Shown: positions 35,561 to 45,678, numbered from the stretch's first letter. The stretch: DNA of 64,000 bases from an uncultured Clostridia bacterium (GCA_947595585.1 CANQET010000008.1:23433-87432); one strand, 5' to 3'. Translations and numbers: made by a program. Notes: generated by a model not told the origin, from the sequence alone.

Positions 35561-36907
35561 TCACTTCAGCGTTTCGAGCGCCGCGATCAGATATTGTTTG
35601 AGGAATTGCGGTTCCACGATGTCGTCGAGATAGCCGCCCTGCGCCGCATGGACGGGGTCGGCATGGGCCTCGGCATACGCCTTGGCGAGCTTTTCCGCAT
35701 CCCCCACGCCGCCGAATTCTACCTCGGCGCCGACTGCGTTATCGAAGAGCGCGATCTCGGCGGTCGCAAGCGCAAACGTATAATCGAAGCCCACCGATTT
35801 CGCCGCGAACAGGCTGTAGCCGAGGCCGACCGCCCTGCCTGTGACGACGGCGATCTTGGCCGTATCGATGGCATCGAGGATGTTGAGATATTCGCCCATC
35901 TCCCGAAGGACGGGGCTTGCAGCGACTTCCATCGTCGGCGCAACGCCAGCACAGTCCACAAAGGTGACGAAGGGCAGGGAGTAGCAGCAGGCGAGCTCCG
36001 CAAAGCTGCGGATCTTGCGCAGATGTTCCGCGGTGATCTGCATGCCGTCCATGACGACCGCCGCAACCGAAACGCCGCCCAGCCGCCCGAGCACGGTATG
36101 CACTTCGGGGCAGGCGTTCGCACCGAGCTCCACCCCGTCCTCGAGAAGTGCAAGCACGTTCTTCGCCGAGGCATCGGCATTGAGTTCGGGCGCAGGCGCA
36201 TTGAGTTCGGCGTCTACCGTGGGGATGCGGAGAAGTTCGGCAATCGAGATGAGTTTCGTGCAGACTTCCTTCATATCCCGCACACGGACCGCGGGAAGAT
36301 CTGCCCCCGCGAGTGCGGCATAGCCCCCCACTTCTTCGGGCTTTAAGTTCTTCCCCGCCTTGGCGGAGAGCACGAAGGGCGAGCTTATGCAGAGCGAAGC
36401 CCCTTCGGTGAAAAATACGACGTCTGCGATCGAGGCGAGGGCGGCCGAACTGCCGTAGACTTCGCCGTCGAGCACGGCAAACTGCAAGACCGTCCCCTTG
36501 AGCTGGGTCGCCTTGAGCAGGAGCTCGGCGATGCCTTCGAGCACATGCACGCCCTCCCCCGCCTTCACGCCGTGCGAATGCAGGAGATAGACGACGGGCA
36601 CGCCCTGCTTTTCGGCGCCCGAGAGCGCACGGGCGATCTTCTCGCAATTTGCCTTGGAGAGACCGCCGAAGGACTGCGCATAGTTCTGTGCGACAATATA
36701 AAAAGGATAGCCGCCGATCGTCGCAAAGCCCGTGATGACGCCTTCGCCGCTCGTCTCCTCTTCGAAAAATGCCTGCTTGGAAAAGCTGAAGGCCGAGAGC
36801 TCGACGAAACTTGCCTCATCCACGAGCGCCGAGATCTTCGCGCGGATATCCTTTCCCGCCGCTTTCAGCGCCTCTTTTCTCTCTTTTAATGCTTGAATCC
36901 TATCCAT
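35561..36907 (-). CDS. Acyl-CoA carboxyltransferase (MmdA/GcdA/12S-like), divergent
   Basis: two crotonase-like carboxyl-transferase halves; start ATG 36907 after GAGGT. Confidence 0.75.
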   Translation of the reverse strand: MDRIQALKERKEALKAAGKDIRAKISALVDEASFVELSAFSFSKQAFFEEETSGEGVITGFATIGGYPFYIVAQNYAQSFGGLSKANCEKIARALSGAEKQGVPVVYLLHSHGVKAGEGVHVLEGIAELLLKATQLKGTVLQFAVLDGEVYGSSAALASIADVVFFTEGASLCISSPFVLSAKAGKNLKPEEVGGYAALAGADLPAVRVRDMKEVCTKLISIAELLRIPTVDAELNAPAPELNADASAKNVLALLEDGVELGANACPEVHTVLGRLGGVSVAAVVMDGMQITAEHLRKIRSFAELACCYSLPFVTFVDCAGVAPTMEVAASPVLREMGEYLNILDAIDTAKIAVVTGRAVGLGYSLFAAKSVGFDYTFALATAEIALFDNAVGAEVEFGGVGDAEKLAKAYAEAHADPVHAAQGGYLDDIVEPQFLKQYLIAALETLK

Positions 36908-36953
36908 TTCGACCTCATATGGCGCATAAAAACACCAAATTCTACCAAGTAAC

Positions 36954-36982
36954 ATTATATACATGTTTTTATGGAAAAGCAA
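36954..36982 (-). promoter_or_regulatory. Promoter of the decarboxylase operon
   Basis: minus strand TTGCTT-N17-TATAAT. Confidence 0.5.
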
Positions 36983-37040
36983 GCGTTCTTCAATATTTTC
37001 CGTGAATTTTTCGATATACGCGGCAGGACCGAAGAAAGCG

Positions 37041-37072
37041 CCGCGCCCGCCGCAAAAATGCGGCGGGCGCGG
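37041..37072 (-). terminator. Terminator after the TVP38 gene
   Basis: 13-bp GC stem CCGCGCCCGCCGC/GCGGCGGGCGCGG with AAAAAT loop. Confidence 0.55.
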
Positions 37073-37076
37073 AAGA

Positions 37077-38105
37077 CTACTGCTTGGTCCCGGGAGGCTT
37101 ATCGGGCGCTCCCTTTTTCTTGACGCCCTTAGAGACGATCGAACCGTCGGGGTCTATGACTTCGAGGGTAAAATCCCCTCTCTCCTGCCTGGCCTTCACC
37201 CGCGTCTCCCGATGGAATTTGCGCTCAAACCAGCCGAGGATCGCATCGGACTTCTTGAAGAGGACGACAAAGAGCGCGATGACCGCGGCAAACAGCACCG
37301 CCCAGATCAGGATCCCCCACCACTTGTTGAAGGGGATGAGTTCGACCGAATAGCTCGTTGCGAAGATCGCCAAGACGCGCGAGAGCACGATGACGGCGAG
37401 GAAGTACCACACGGACATCGAGGAGAGCCCCGCCACGAAGCAAAGTACATCGTCCGGAAAGACGGGGAGAAGAAACATCGCCGTAAGCAGAAGCTTATCT
37501 TTCCCCTTGATCTTCTTCAGCCATTTTTCGAGCGTCTCGCGGCCGACGAGCCATGCGACGACGCGCATCCCCGCATACCGCCCGATGAGGAAGGCGGCGA
37601 GAGAGCCGAGCATGATCCCCAAAAGGCTCAGAAGACTTCCCACGAACGCACCGAAGATCGCGGCGCCCGCGACGACGGTCACCGCGCTCGGAATGGGCAG
37701 GATCACCACCTGCAAAAACTGCAAAAGCGTGAATACGACGCCCACCCAGCTTCCCGAGCGCTCGAGATAGGCCTCCAATGCGGCTTCGTCGCGCATGATC
37801 GCAAAGAAACCCGTCTTCAGGAGCGCATATGCGCACACGGCGAAGAATGCGGCGGTCACATAACAGGTCAGGCAGAGCTTTTCGGGCGTCTCCATGCCGC
37901 GCAGACCGAAAACGAGCGCGGCGACAAAGACGGCAAGCGTAAGCGCGGCTCCGCCCGCGAGCGCGACGGCAAACCAAACTTCCCCGATCTTCCCGCGCAG
38001 GAGCACGAACGAGAGCGCATAAAACGTCATAATGACGCCGCCGAGCAGCGCCATTACGATCGTATGCACGGCAACCGCTGCCGCATTGTTCGATTTTTCC
38101 GACAT
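37077..38105 (-). CDS. TVP38/TMEM64 (DedA-related) family membrane protein
   Basis: multi-TM protein with LPVFPDDVLCFVAGLS motif; soluble C-terminal tail. Confidence 0.75.
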   Translation of the reverse strand: MSEKSNNAAAVAVHTIVMALLGGVIMTFYALSFVLLRGKIGEVWFAVALAGGAALTLAVFVAALVFGLRGMETPEKLCLTCYVTAAFFAVCAYALLKTGFFAIMRDEAALEAYLERSGSWVGVVFTLLQFLQVVILPIPSAVTVVAGAAIFGAFVGSLLSLLGIMLGSLAAFLIGRYAGMRVVAWLVGRETLEKWLKKIKGKDKLLLTAMFLLPVFPDDVLCFVAGLSSMSVWYFLAVIVLSRVLAIFATSYSVELIPFNKWWGILIWAVLFAAVIALFVVLFKKSDAILGWFERKFHRETRVKARQERGDFTLEVIDPDGSIVSKGVKKKGAPDKPPGTKQ

Positions 38106-38137
38106 TCCCTGATTATTATATACGGTTTTCCCGCAAA

Positions 38138-39193
38138 TTATAAGTTCGGCGCCTCGGGATCGGCGGGAGCGGACTCATTTTTGGGGATCGCCTTACGGGC
38201 GAGAGCGTCGCACGCATTGTTGAGTACGTCGTCGGCATGCCCCTTTACCTTGCGGAAGGTGACTTCGTGCACGCGGGTCAGCGATAAGAGCCGCTTCCAG
38301 AGGTCATCGTTCAACACGGGTTTGCGGTCGGCCTTCTGCCAGCCGTTGGCCTCCCACGCATACACCCAGCCCTCCTCGAAGGCATTTACGGTGTAGGCGG
38401 AATCCGAATACACTTCCACTTTGCAGGGGAATTTGAGCCGTTCGAGTCCCGCGATGACCGCCATGAGCTCCATGCGGTTGTTCGTCGTCTCCTCTTCGCC
38501 GCCCGAGAGCTCAAGCCTGCGTTCGCCGTAGAGAAGGATACAGCCCCAGCCGCCTGCCCCGGGATTGCCCGAACATGCGCCGTCGGTATAGAGCGTGACG
38601 GCGTTCGGCTTGGAGGAAGGCTGCGCCTCCCCCTTCCTCCGCGCATAGTCTTCCTTCAGGATGCCGCGGTCGATGACGTCGACGCGTTCGCCCGTCGAAA
38701 GAAGGCGGAAGTACTGCCGCCGCATCCCCTCATACTTCAGTCCGCACTTTTCCATCACGCGCGCCGAGGCGAGATTTCCCGCCGCATGGCAGCCGTTCAG
38801 GCGGAAAAACCCCACTTCTTCGAAGCAGTAGCGGAGGACTTCCGTGAGCGCTTCCGTCATGTAGCCCTGTCCCCACCATGCCTTGCCGAGGCAGTAGCCG
38901 ATCTCGCCGCACTCCTGATATTCGTCCACGCGCATGACGATGACGTCTCCGATGAGGGTGCCGTCCTTCAAGGCGATCGCCCAGTGATAATAACTTTGCG
39001 CCGTGCTCTCGGCTTCCCACTTTTTGAGAAGTTCCCGCGTGCGGCCGATCTCCCCGTGGGGCTTCCACGTGAGGTATTTTGTCACTTCGGGGTCGTTCAT
39101 CCAGTGCGCAAACGCCGCTTCGGCGTCGCTTTCCCGCCACGGACGCAAAGTAAGGCGGGGCGTTTCGAGAACTTTTGTCCCTTTCTGCTCCAT
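38138..39193 (-). CDS. Fusion: GNAT (RimJ/RimL-like) N-acetyltransferase + RNase HI
   Basis: N-terminal TPRLTLRPW...GNAT core; C-terminal YTDGACSGNPG..NNRMEL..YSDS..KVKGHADD..NNACD RNase H motifs; start ATG 39193 after GAGGAGGG. Confidence 0.85.
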   Translation of the reverse strand: MEQKGTKVLETPRLTLRPWRESDAEAAFAHWMNDPEVTKYLTWKPHGEIGRTRELLKKWEAESTAQSYYHWAIALKDGTLIGDVIVMRVDEYQECGEIGYCLGKAWWGQGYMTEALTEVLRYCFEEVGFFRLNGCHAAGNLASARVMEKCGLKYEGMRRQYFRLLSTGERVDVIDRGILKEDYARRKGEAQPSSKPNAVTLYTDGACSGNPGAGGWGCILLYGERRLELSGGEEETTNNRMELMAVIAGLERLKFPCKVEVYSDSAYTVNAFEEGWVYAWEANGWQKADRKPVLNDDLWKRLLSLTRVHEVTFRKVKGHADDVLNNACDALARKAIPKNESAPADPEAPNL

Positions 39194-39218
39194 GGTTCCC
39201 TCCTCGGATGGCATTTAT

Positions 39219-39246
39219 CAAAAAAACCTGCGCAAAGCAGGTTTTT
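39219..39246 (-). terminator. Terminator after tRNA-Trp
   Basis: ACCTGC/GCAGGT stem flanked by A6/T7 runs. Confidence 0.65.
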
Positions 39247-39321
39247 TGGCAGGGGAGACGCGACTCGAACACGCAACAGACGGTTTTGGAGACCGTTGCT
39301 CTACCATTGAACTACTCCCCT
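39247..39321 (-). tRNA. trnW: tRNA-Trp (anticodon CCA), CCA end encoded
   Basis: manual cloverleaf: acceptor AGGGGAG/CTCCCCT, anticodon arm ACGGT-CTCCAAA-ACCGT, T-loop TTCGAGT. Confidence 0.9.
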
Positions 39322-39331
39322 GTACATTCAT

Positions 39332-39360
39332 ATTATACCCCATCTTGGGGCACGCGTCAA
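39332..39360 (-). promoter_or_regulatory. tRNA-Trp promoter
   Basis: minus strand TTGACG-N17-TATAAT, -10 ends 10 nt before the mature 5' end. Confidence 0.6.
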
Positions 39361-39389
39361 GAAGTTTTGCCCAAATTTCCGCACTTTTT

Positions 39390-40634
39390 TCAATCGCGAT
39401 GCCCTTCGGGATGGATGATATGCCCTCCCTTCACGTCGAGATCGGAAAGGCGGTCATCTTTCAGGACGGTCGCACGCTTGATGGCGCCGTTGCCGTATTT
39501 TGCACGGATGCCCGCGATCGCCTCATCGGCACGGTCGAGCTTCTCCTCCCGCACTGAGCGGCCGAAGAGATCGAGCTGCTCTGCCTCCGCGAATTCGGAG
39601 ACGGCGACGCCGAGCGCACGGATGGGCTTTCCGTGCGTCTGCAGTTCGCGGAAAAGCTGCATGGCGCAATCGGCGATCTCCTTGGCGTTGCGGGTCGTCC
39701 CGGGGAGCTGCCCCTGCTTCCCGAAGCGGGCAAGATCGCAGTCCGTCACCGAAATCTTGACGGTGTTCGCCCGCCCGAGCCCGCTCTCGAGCAGCCTCGC
39801 CGCGACGCTGTCGCTCAAAAGCAGGAAGAGCATGTAGATCTCGTCTTCCTCCACGAGGTCGCGATAGCACGTAAGGCTGTTCCCAACGCTTTTTACCGTG
39901 CGTTCGAGGCCGTTTTCCCGCACGGGAGAGCTATCTCTGCCGTTTGCGTATTCGTAGAGCACCTTGCCCCATTTGCCGAGTTCGCGGATGAGCATGCCCT
40001 CATCGGCGTTGGCGAGATCGCCGATCGAAACGATCCCCAAAAATGCGAGTTTTCTGGCTGTCGCCCGCCCGACGTAGAGAAGATCGGAGGCGGGAAGTTT
40101 CCACGCAGTATCGCGATAATTATCCTTAGAGACGACGGTGACGGCATCGGGCTTTTTCATATCCGAGGCGAGCTTCGCGAAGATCTTATTCCAGCTGACG
40201 CCGACGCTGACCGTCACGCCGAGCTCCTCTTTTACGGCTGTGCGGATGGCCTCGGCGATCTGCGGACCTTCCCCGAACAAAAATCGGCTTCCCGTCACAT
40301 CCAGCCAGCATTCGTCGATGCCGAAGGCCTCGATGCGGTCGGTAAACCGCTCATAGATCCCGCGGACCGCCCGCGAAAGACGTACGTACGTCGGAAAATC
40401 GGCGGGGACATCCACGAGCCCGGGGCACTTCTTGCGCGCTTGCCAGAGCGCCTCGCCCGTCGTGACCCCCGCCATCTTCGCGCGCATGTTCTTCGCAAGC
40501 ACGACGCCGTGGCGGTCCTTTATGCTCCCCGTGACCGCAAGCGGGACCTCCTTGAGGGAAGGCTGCTTGAGCATCTCCACGGAGGCATAGAAGTTATTCA
40601 GATCGCTGTGCAAAATGCAGCGTGCACCGCTCAT
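39390..40634 (-). CDS. dinB: DNA polymerase IV (Y-family)
   Basis: ILHSDLNNFYASVE N-terminus and Y-family palm/little-finger layout; ATG 40634 overlaps the stop of the upstream ORF (ATGA). Confidence 0.9.
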   Translation of the reverse strand: MSGARCILHSDLNNFYASVEMLKQPSLKEVPLAVTGSIKDRHGVVLAKNMRAKMAGVTTGEALWQARKKCPGLVDVPADFPTYVRLSRAVRGIYERFTDRIEAFGIDECWLDVTGSRFLFGEGPQIAEAIRTAVKEELGVTVSVGVSWNKIFAKLASDMKKPDAVTVVSKDNYRDTAWKLPASDLLYVGRATARKLAFLGIVSIGDLANADEGMLIRELGKWGKVLYEYANGRDSSPVRENGLERTVKSVGNSLTCYRDLVEEDEIYMLFLLLSDSVAARLLESGLGRANTVKISVTDCDLARFGKQGQLPGTTRNAKEIADCAMQLFRELQTHGKPIRALGVAVSEFAEAEQLDLFGRSVREEKLDRADEAIAGIRAKYGNGAIKRATVLKDDRLSDLDVKGGHIIHPEGHRD

Positions 40635-40912
40635 CGCTCGATCTCCACGAACCAACGCATTTCTTCCGCCTCATAATAGAGACGGCGCTCCCGTCCCGCC
40701 ACGATGCAGGTATACCGCACGGGGAGCACGCTCCCGACGTGTGCGGGCACCCGCTCGATGCTGCGCACGCGGTCGACGGGATAGCTGTGCCCGTCCTCCC
40801 ATACGACCGAGGCAGGGCGCATTCCGCCGTCCCGCAAGAAGCGGGCAAAGATCTCCACGTAGACCTTCTCATAGTGCATACGAAAAGGTTGCGCAGGAAG
40901 ACGATTTGGCAT
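40631..40912 (-). CDS. 93-aa protein of unknown function, translationally coupled to dinB
   Basis: ATGA stop/start overlap with dinB; start 40912 or 40879 uncertain. Confidence 0.5.
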   Translation of the reverse strand: MPNRLPAQPFRMHYEKVYVEIFARFLRDGGMRPASVVWEDGHSYPVDRVRSIERVPAHVGSVLPVRYTCIVAGRERRLYYEAEEMRWFVEIER

Positions 40913-40942
40913 TCATGCGGAGTATTATGTGTGGCATAATAC
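40907..40942. repeat. Copy A of the TGGCATT-N7-AGTATTATGTGTGGCATAATAC element (contains palindrome GTATTATG-N5-CATAATAC)
   Basis: seen by eye; copies at 30841-30874 and 9189-9207. Confidence 0.7.
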
Positions 40943-40987
40943 CTTGCAAAACTGCGAATATAGCCGAATTTTGGCGGGTTTTTCGGG

Positions 40988-42424
40988 CTATACGCGCACT
41001 TCTCCGTGGGCGCCAAGCAGATCTTTGTGCCTTGTGAGGATGGGAAGGATCTCCCCCTCGATGAATTCCACGGTCTGCGCGGGTGCCCGCCCGATAAACT
41101 TCTTCGCATCGACGATCTCATGAAGTCTTCCGCGGACCGCCGCAAACATCTCATCCGCTTCGATGCGGGCGAGAAGGTCGTTGTCCTTCCCCTCCCGCTT
41201 CACGGCCATGCCCGCTTCCTGTGAAAGCGTGCGGATGCGCTCGTGGAGCTTCTGGCGGTCTCCCCCCGCCTTCACGCACTCCATGAGGATGTTTTCCGTC
41301 GCCATGAAGGGAAGCTCGGCGGCCACATGCCGCGCGATCATCTTATCGTAGACGACGAGCCCTTCGGCCACATTCATATAGAGTTCGAGGATGGCGTCTA
41401 CGGTGAGGAAGGCCTGCGCATTGACGATACGGCGGTTGGCGGAGTCGTCGAGCGAGCGTTCGAACCACTGCGTGCCCGCCGTGACCGCACTGTTCATAGG
41501 CAGGGAGATCATGTAGCGCGCGAGGCTTGAAATGCGCTCCGAACGCATGGGATTGCGCTTATAGGCCATCGCGGAGGACCCGATCTGCGCCGCTTCGAAG
41601 GGTTCTTCGACCTCTTTCATGCTCTGCAGAATGCGGAGATCGTTGGAGAATTTATAGGCGCTCTGGGCGATCTGGGAGAGCACGCAGAGCACATTATAGT
41701 CGAATTTGCGGGGATACGTCTGCCCCGTGACGGGATAGACTTCGCGATAGCCGAGTTTTTCGACGACCCGCCGCTCGAGCTCCTTGACCTTCTCGCCGTC
41801 GCCGTCGAAGAGGTCGAGAAAGCTCGCCTGCGTGCCCGTCGTCCCCTTTACGCCGCGCAGACGCACCTTGGAGAGCAGGCCGGTGAGGTTTTCGTAGTCG
41901 AGCATGAGGTCCTGCAGCCAAAGCGTGGCGCGCTTGCCCACCGTCGTGAGTTGGGCGGGCTGCAGATGCGTGAAGCCGAGCGTGGGCAGATCCTTATATT
42001 TCAGGGCGAAATCCTTGAGCTTGTCCATCACGTTGACGAGCTTGCGAAGGAGGATCTTGAGCCCGTCATGCAGGATCATGATCTCGGAGTTGCAGTCGAC
42101 AAAGCAGCTCGTCGCACCCAAATGGATGATCCCCGCGGCAGCGGGCGCGGCATCACCGAAGGCCTTCACGTGCGCCATGACATCGTGCCGCACCTGCCGT
42201 TCGTATTCCTCCGCCCGCGCAAAATCGATGGGATCGGCATGTGCCTTGAGTTCCTCGACCTGCGCTTTCGTGATGGGCAGCCCCATCTCCATCTCACTCT
42301 CCGCAAGGGCGATCCACAGCTTCCGCCAAAGGCGGATCCGCTTCTCGTCGCCGAAGTTTTCAAGCATTTCCGCGCTCGCATAGCGAGTCGATAAGGGGTT
42401 TTCGTAATGTAGTTTGTCTGACAT
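40988..42424 (-). CDS. purB: Adenylosuccinate lyase
   Basis: NPLSTRYAS N-terminus and SSAMAYKRNP fumarate-lyase signature; start ATG 42424. Confidence 0.9.
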   Translation of the reverse strand: MSDKLHYENPLSTRYASAEMLENFGDEKRIRLWRKLWIALAESEMEMGLPITKAQVEELKAHADPIDFARAEEYERQVRHDVMAHVKAFGDAAPAAAGIIHLGATSCFVDCNSEIMILHDGLKILLRKLVNVMDKLKDFALKYKDLPTLGFTHLQPAQLTTVGKRATLWLQDLMLDYENLTGLLSKVRLRGVKGTTGTQASFLDLFDGDGEKVKELERRVVEKLGYREVYPVTGQTYPRKFDYNVLCVLSQIAQSAYKFSNDLRILQSMKEVEEPFEAAQIGSSAMAYKRNPMRSERISSLARYMISLPMNSAVTAGTQWFERSLDDSANRRIVNAQAFLTVDAILELYMNVAEGLVVYDKMIARHVAAELPFMATENILMECVKAGGDRQKLHERIRTLSQEAGMAVKREGKDNDLLARIEADEMFAAVRGRLHEIVDAKKFIGRAPAQTVEFIEGEILPILTRHKDLLGAHGEVRV

Positions 42425-42455
42425 AGTACTTCGCAAAATCCTCAATTTATGTGGT

Positions 42456-42974
42456 TCAGAGCGTCTGCGGGGCCGCATATTCGACCCCGAACGTCTCCAC
42501 TGTGACCCTCTTTATCCGCTGTTCCTTTATGGGGCGATCGCGGAAGTCCGTCGGCGTCGTCGCGATGCCGTCGACGGCGTCCATACCCTCCACGACTTTG
42601 CCGAAGGCCGCGTATTGCCCATCGAGGTAGAAGGCGTTTTTGTGCATGATGAAGAACTGCGAACCCGCGCTATCGGGATGCTGTGCACGCGCCATCGAGA
42701 GCACGCCGCGCTCGTGGCGCAGCGGATTGCGGACGCCGTTGCCCGAGAACTCGCCCTTGATGCGATATCCCGGGCCGCCCGTGCCCGTACCCGTGGGGTC
42801 TCCACCTTGGATCATGAAGCCCGCGATCACGCGGTGGAAGATGAGCCCGTCGTAAAAACCGCTCTTCACGAGTGCGATGAAGTTGTTCACGCTGTTTGGC
42901 GCCGTCTCGGGCAGGAGTTCGGCCTTGAAGGTCTTGCCGTCTTCCATTTCAAATGTTACGATAGGATTTGCCAT
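42456..42974 (-). CDS. ppiB: Peptidyl-prolyl cis-trans isomerase, cyclophilin type
   Basis: FHRVIAGFMIQGGDP and SQFFI motifs. Confidence 0.9.
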   Translation of the reverse strand: MANPIVTFEMEDGKTFKAELLPETAPNSVNNFIALVKSGFYDGLIFHRVIAGFMIQGGDPTGTGTGGPGYRIKGEFSGNGVRNPLRHERGVLSMARAQHPDSAGSQFFIMHKNAFYLDGQYAAFGKVVEGMDAVDGIATTPTDFRDRPIKEQRIKRVTVETFGVEYAAPQTL

Positions 42975-42983
42975 GATTTCCCC

Positions 42984-43427
42984 CTAATTTTCGAATTTTT
43001 CGATCTTTGTGCCCGCCTCTTTGAAGAGTTCCATCGAGAACTCGTCGGGATAGCCCTCTTTGTAGACGACGCGCTTGATCCCGGCGTTGATGATCATCTT
43101 GGCACAGATGACGCAGGGCTGATGGGTACAGTAGAGCGTCGCGCCGTCGATATTCACGCCGTACTTCGCGGCTTGGATGAGCGCGTTCTGTTCGGCATGG
43201 GCGGCGTAGCAGAGTTCTGCGCGCGTTCCGCTCTCGATGTTTCGCTCGATGCGAAGGCACTTTCCCCGTTCGATACACGAGCGGATGCCCGCGGGAGCGC
43301 CGTTGTATCCCGTCGTCATGACGCGTTTATCCCGCACGATGACGGCGCCGACCTTCCTGCGGAGACAACTTGCCCAACTTCCCACCTCTTCGGTGAGCTC
43401 CATGAAGCGAATATCCCACTTATCCAT
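42984..43427 (-). CDS. dCMP deaminase (ComEB-like)
   Basis: HAEQNA and PCVICAKMI zinc motifs; start ATG 43427 after GGAGGG. Confidence 0.85.
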   Translation of the reverse strand: MDKWDIRFMELTEEVGSWASCLRRKVGAVIVRDKRVMTTGYNGAPAGIRSCIERGKCLRIERNIESGTRAELCYAAHAEQNALIQAAKYGVNIDGATLYCTHQPCVICAKMIINAGIKRVVYKEGYPDEFSMELFKEAGTKIEKFEN

Positions 43428-43633
43428 ATTTGCCCTCCACGCGTGATTATACCACAGCTTGCCCGAAATTGCAAGGATTTTCGCCGTCCTCCCCTCCCTC
43501 CGCGCGGCAAAGACATGCGTTGCGGCAAAATTTTCCAAAAAAATATTGATTTTGCGTTTGATACGCCCGATGCAGCGTTTATAATAGATAGGAACAAACG
43601 CGGGCAACCGCATAAAATCATCAGGAGGATCCT

Positions 43634-43918
43634 ATGAACATCAAACCATTATTCGATAAGGTCGTCGTCGAGGCGGTCACCGTCGAAGAGAAGACGAAGA
43701 GCGGGTTCTATCTTCCCTCTTCCGCACAGGAAAAGCCGCAGACTTGCGTCGTTGTCGCCGTCGGCCCCGGCGGTACGGTCGATGGAAAAGAAGTCAAGAT
43801 GCAGGTGAAGGTCGGCGATAAAGTGCTCTGCGCGAAGTACGCGGGCACGGATTTCAAGGTAGACGGCAAGGAGTTCACCATCATCAAGCAGAGTGATATC
43901 CTCGCGATCGTGGAGTGA
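43634..43918 (+). CDS. groES: Co-chaperonin GroES
   Basis: IKPLFDKVVV...KSGFYLP typical GroES; AGGAGGA SD. Confidence 0.95.
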   Translation: MNIKPLFDKVVVEAVTVEEKTKSGFYLPSSAQEKPQTCVVVAVGPGGTVDGKEVKMQVKVGDKVLCAKYAGTDFKVDGKEFTIIKQSDILAIVE

Positions 43919-43944
43919 AAAGCGCTTCCACGCAAATAAATTAA

Positions 43945-45594
<1,650 letters not shown>

Positions 45595-45601
45595 ATCTAA
45601 G

Positions 45602-45643
45602 GCATCAAAAAATCGGAGCCCCTCGGCTCCGATTTTTTGATGC
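45602..45643. terminator. Strong bidirectional terminator after groEL
   Basis: 19-bp perfect stem GCATCAAAAAATCGGAGCC-cctc-GGCTCCGATTTTTTGATGC. Confidence 0.8.
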
Positions 45644-45678
45644 TAAAAACAACGAGGCGATCGGCTTTTCGTCCCCCA

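Noticed and set aside
40931-40947. Sigma-54-like reading TGGCAT-N-TTGCA of the repeat element
   Set aside because: The GG-to-GC spacing is one nt too long. Copy B lacks the TTGC. The plus-strand orientation points into convergent genes with nothing to transcribe.
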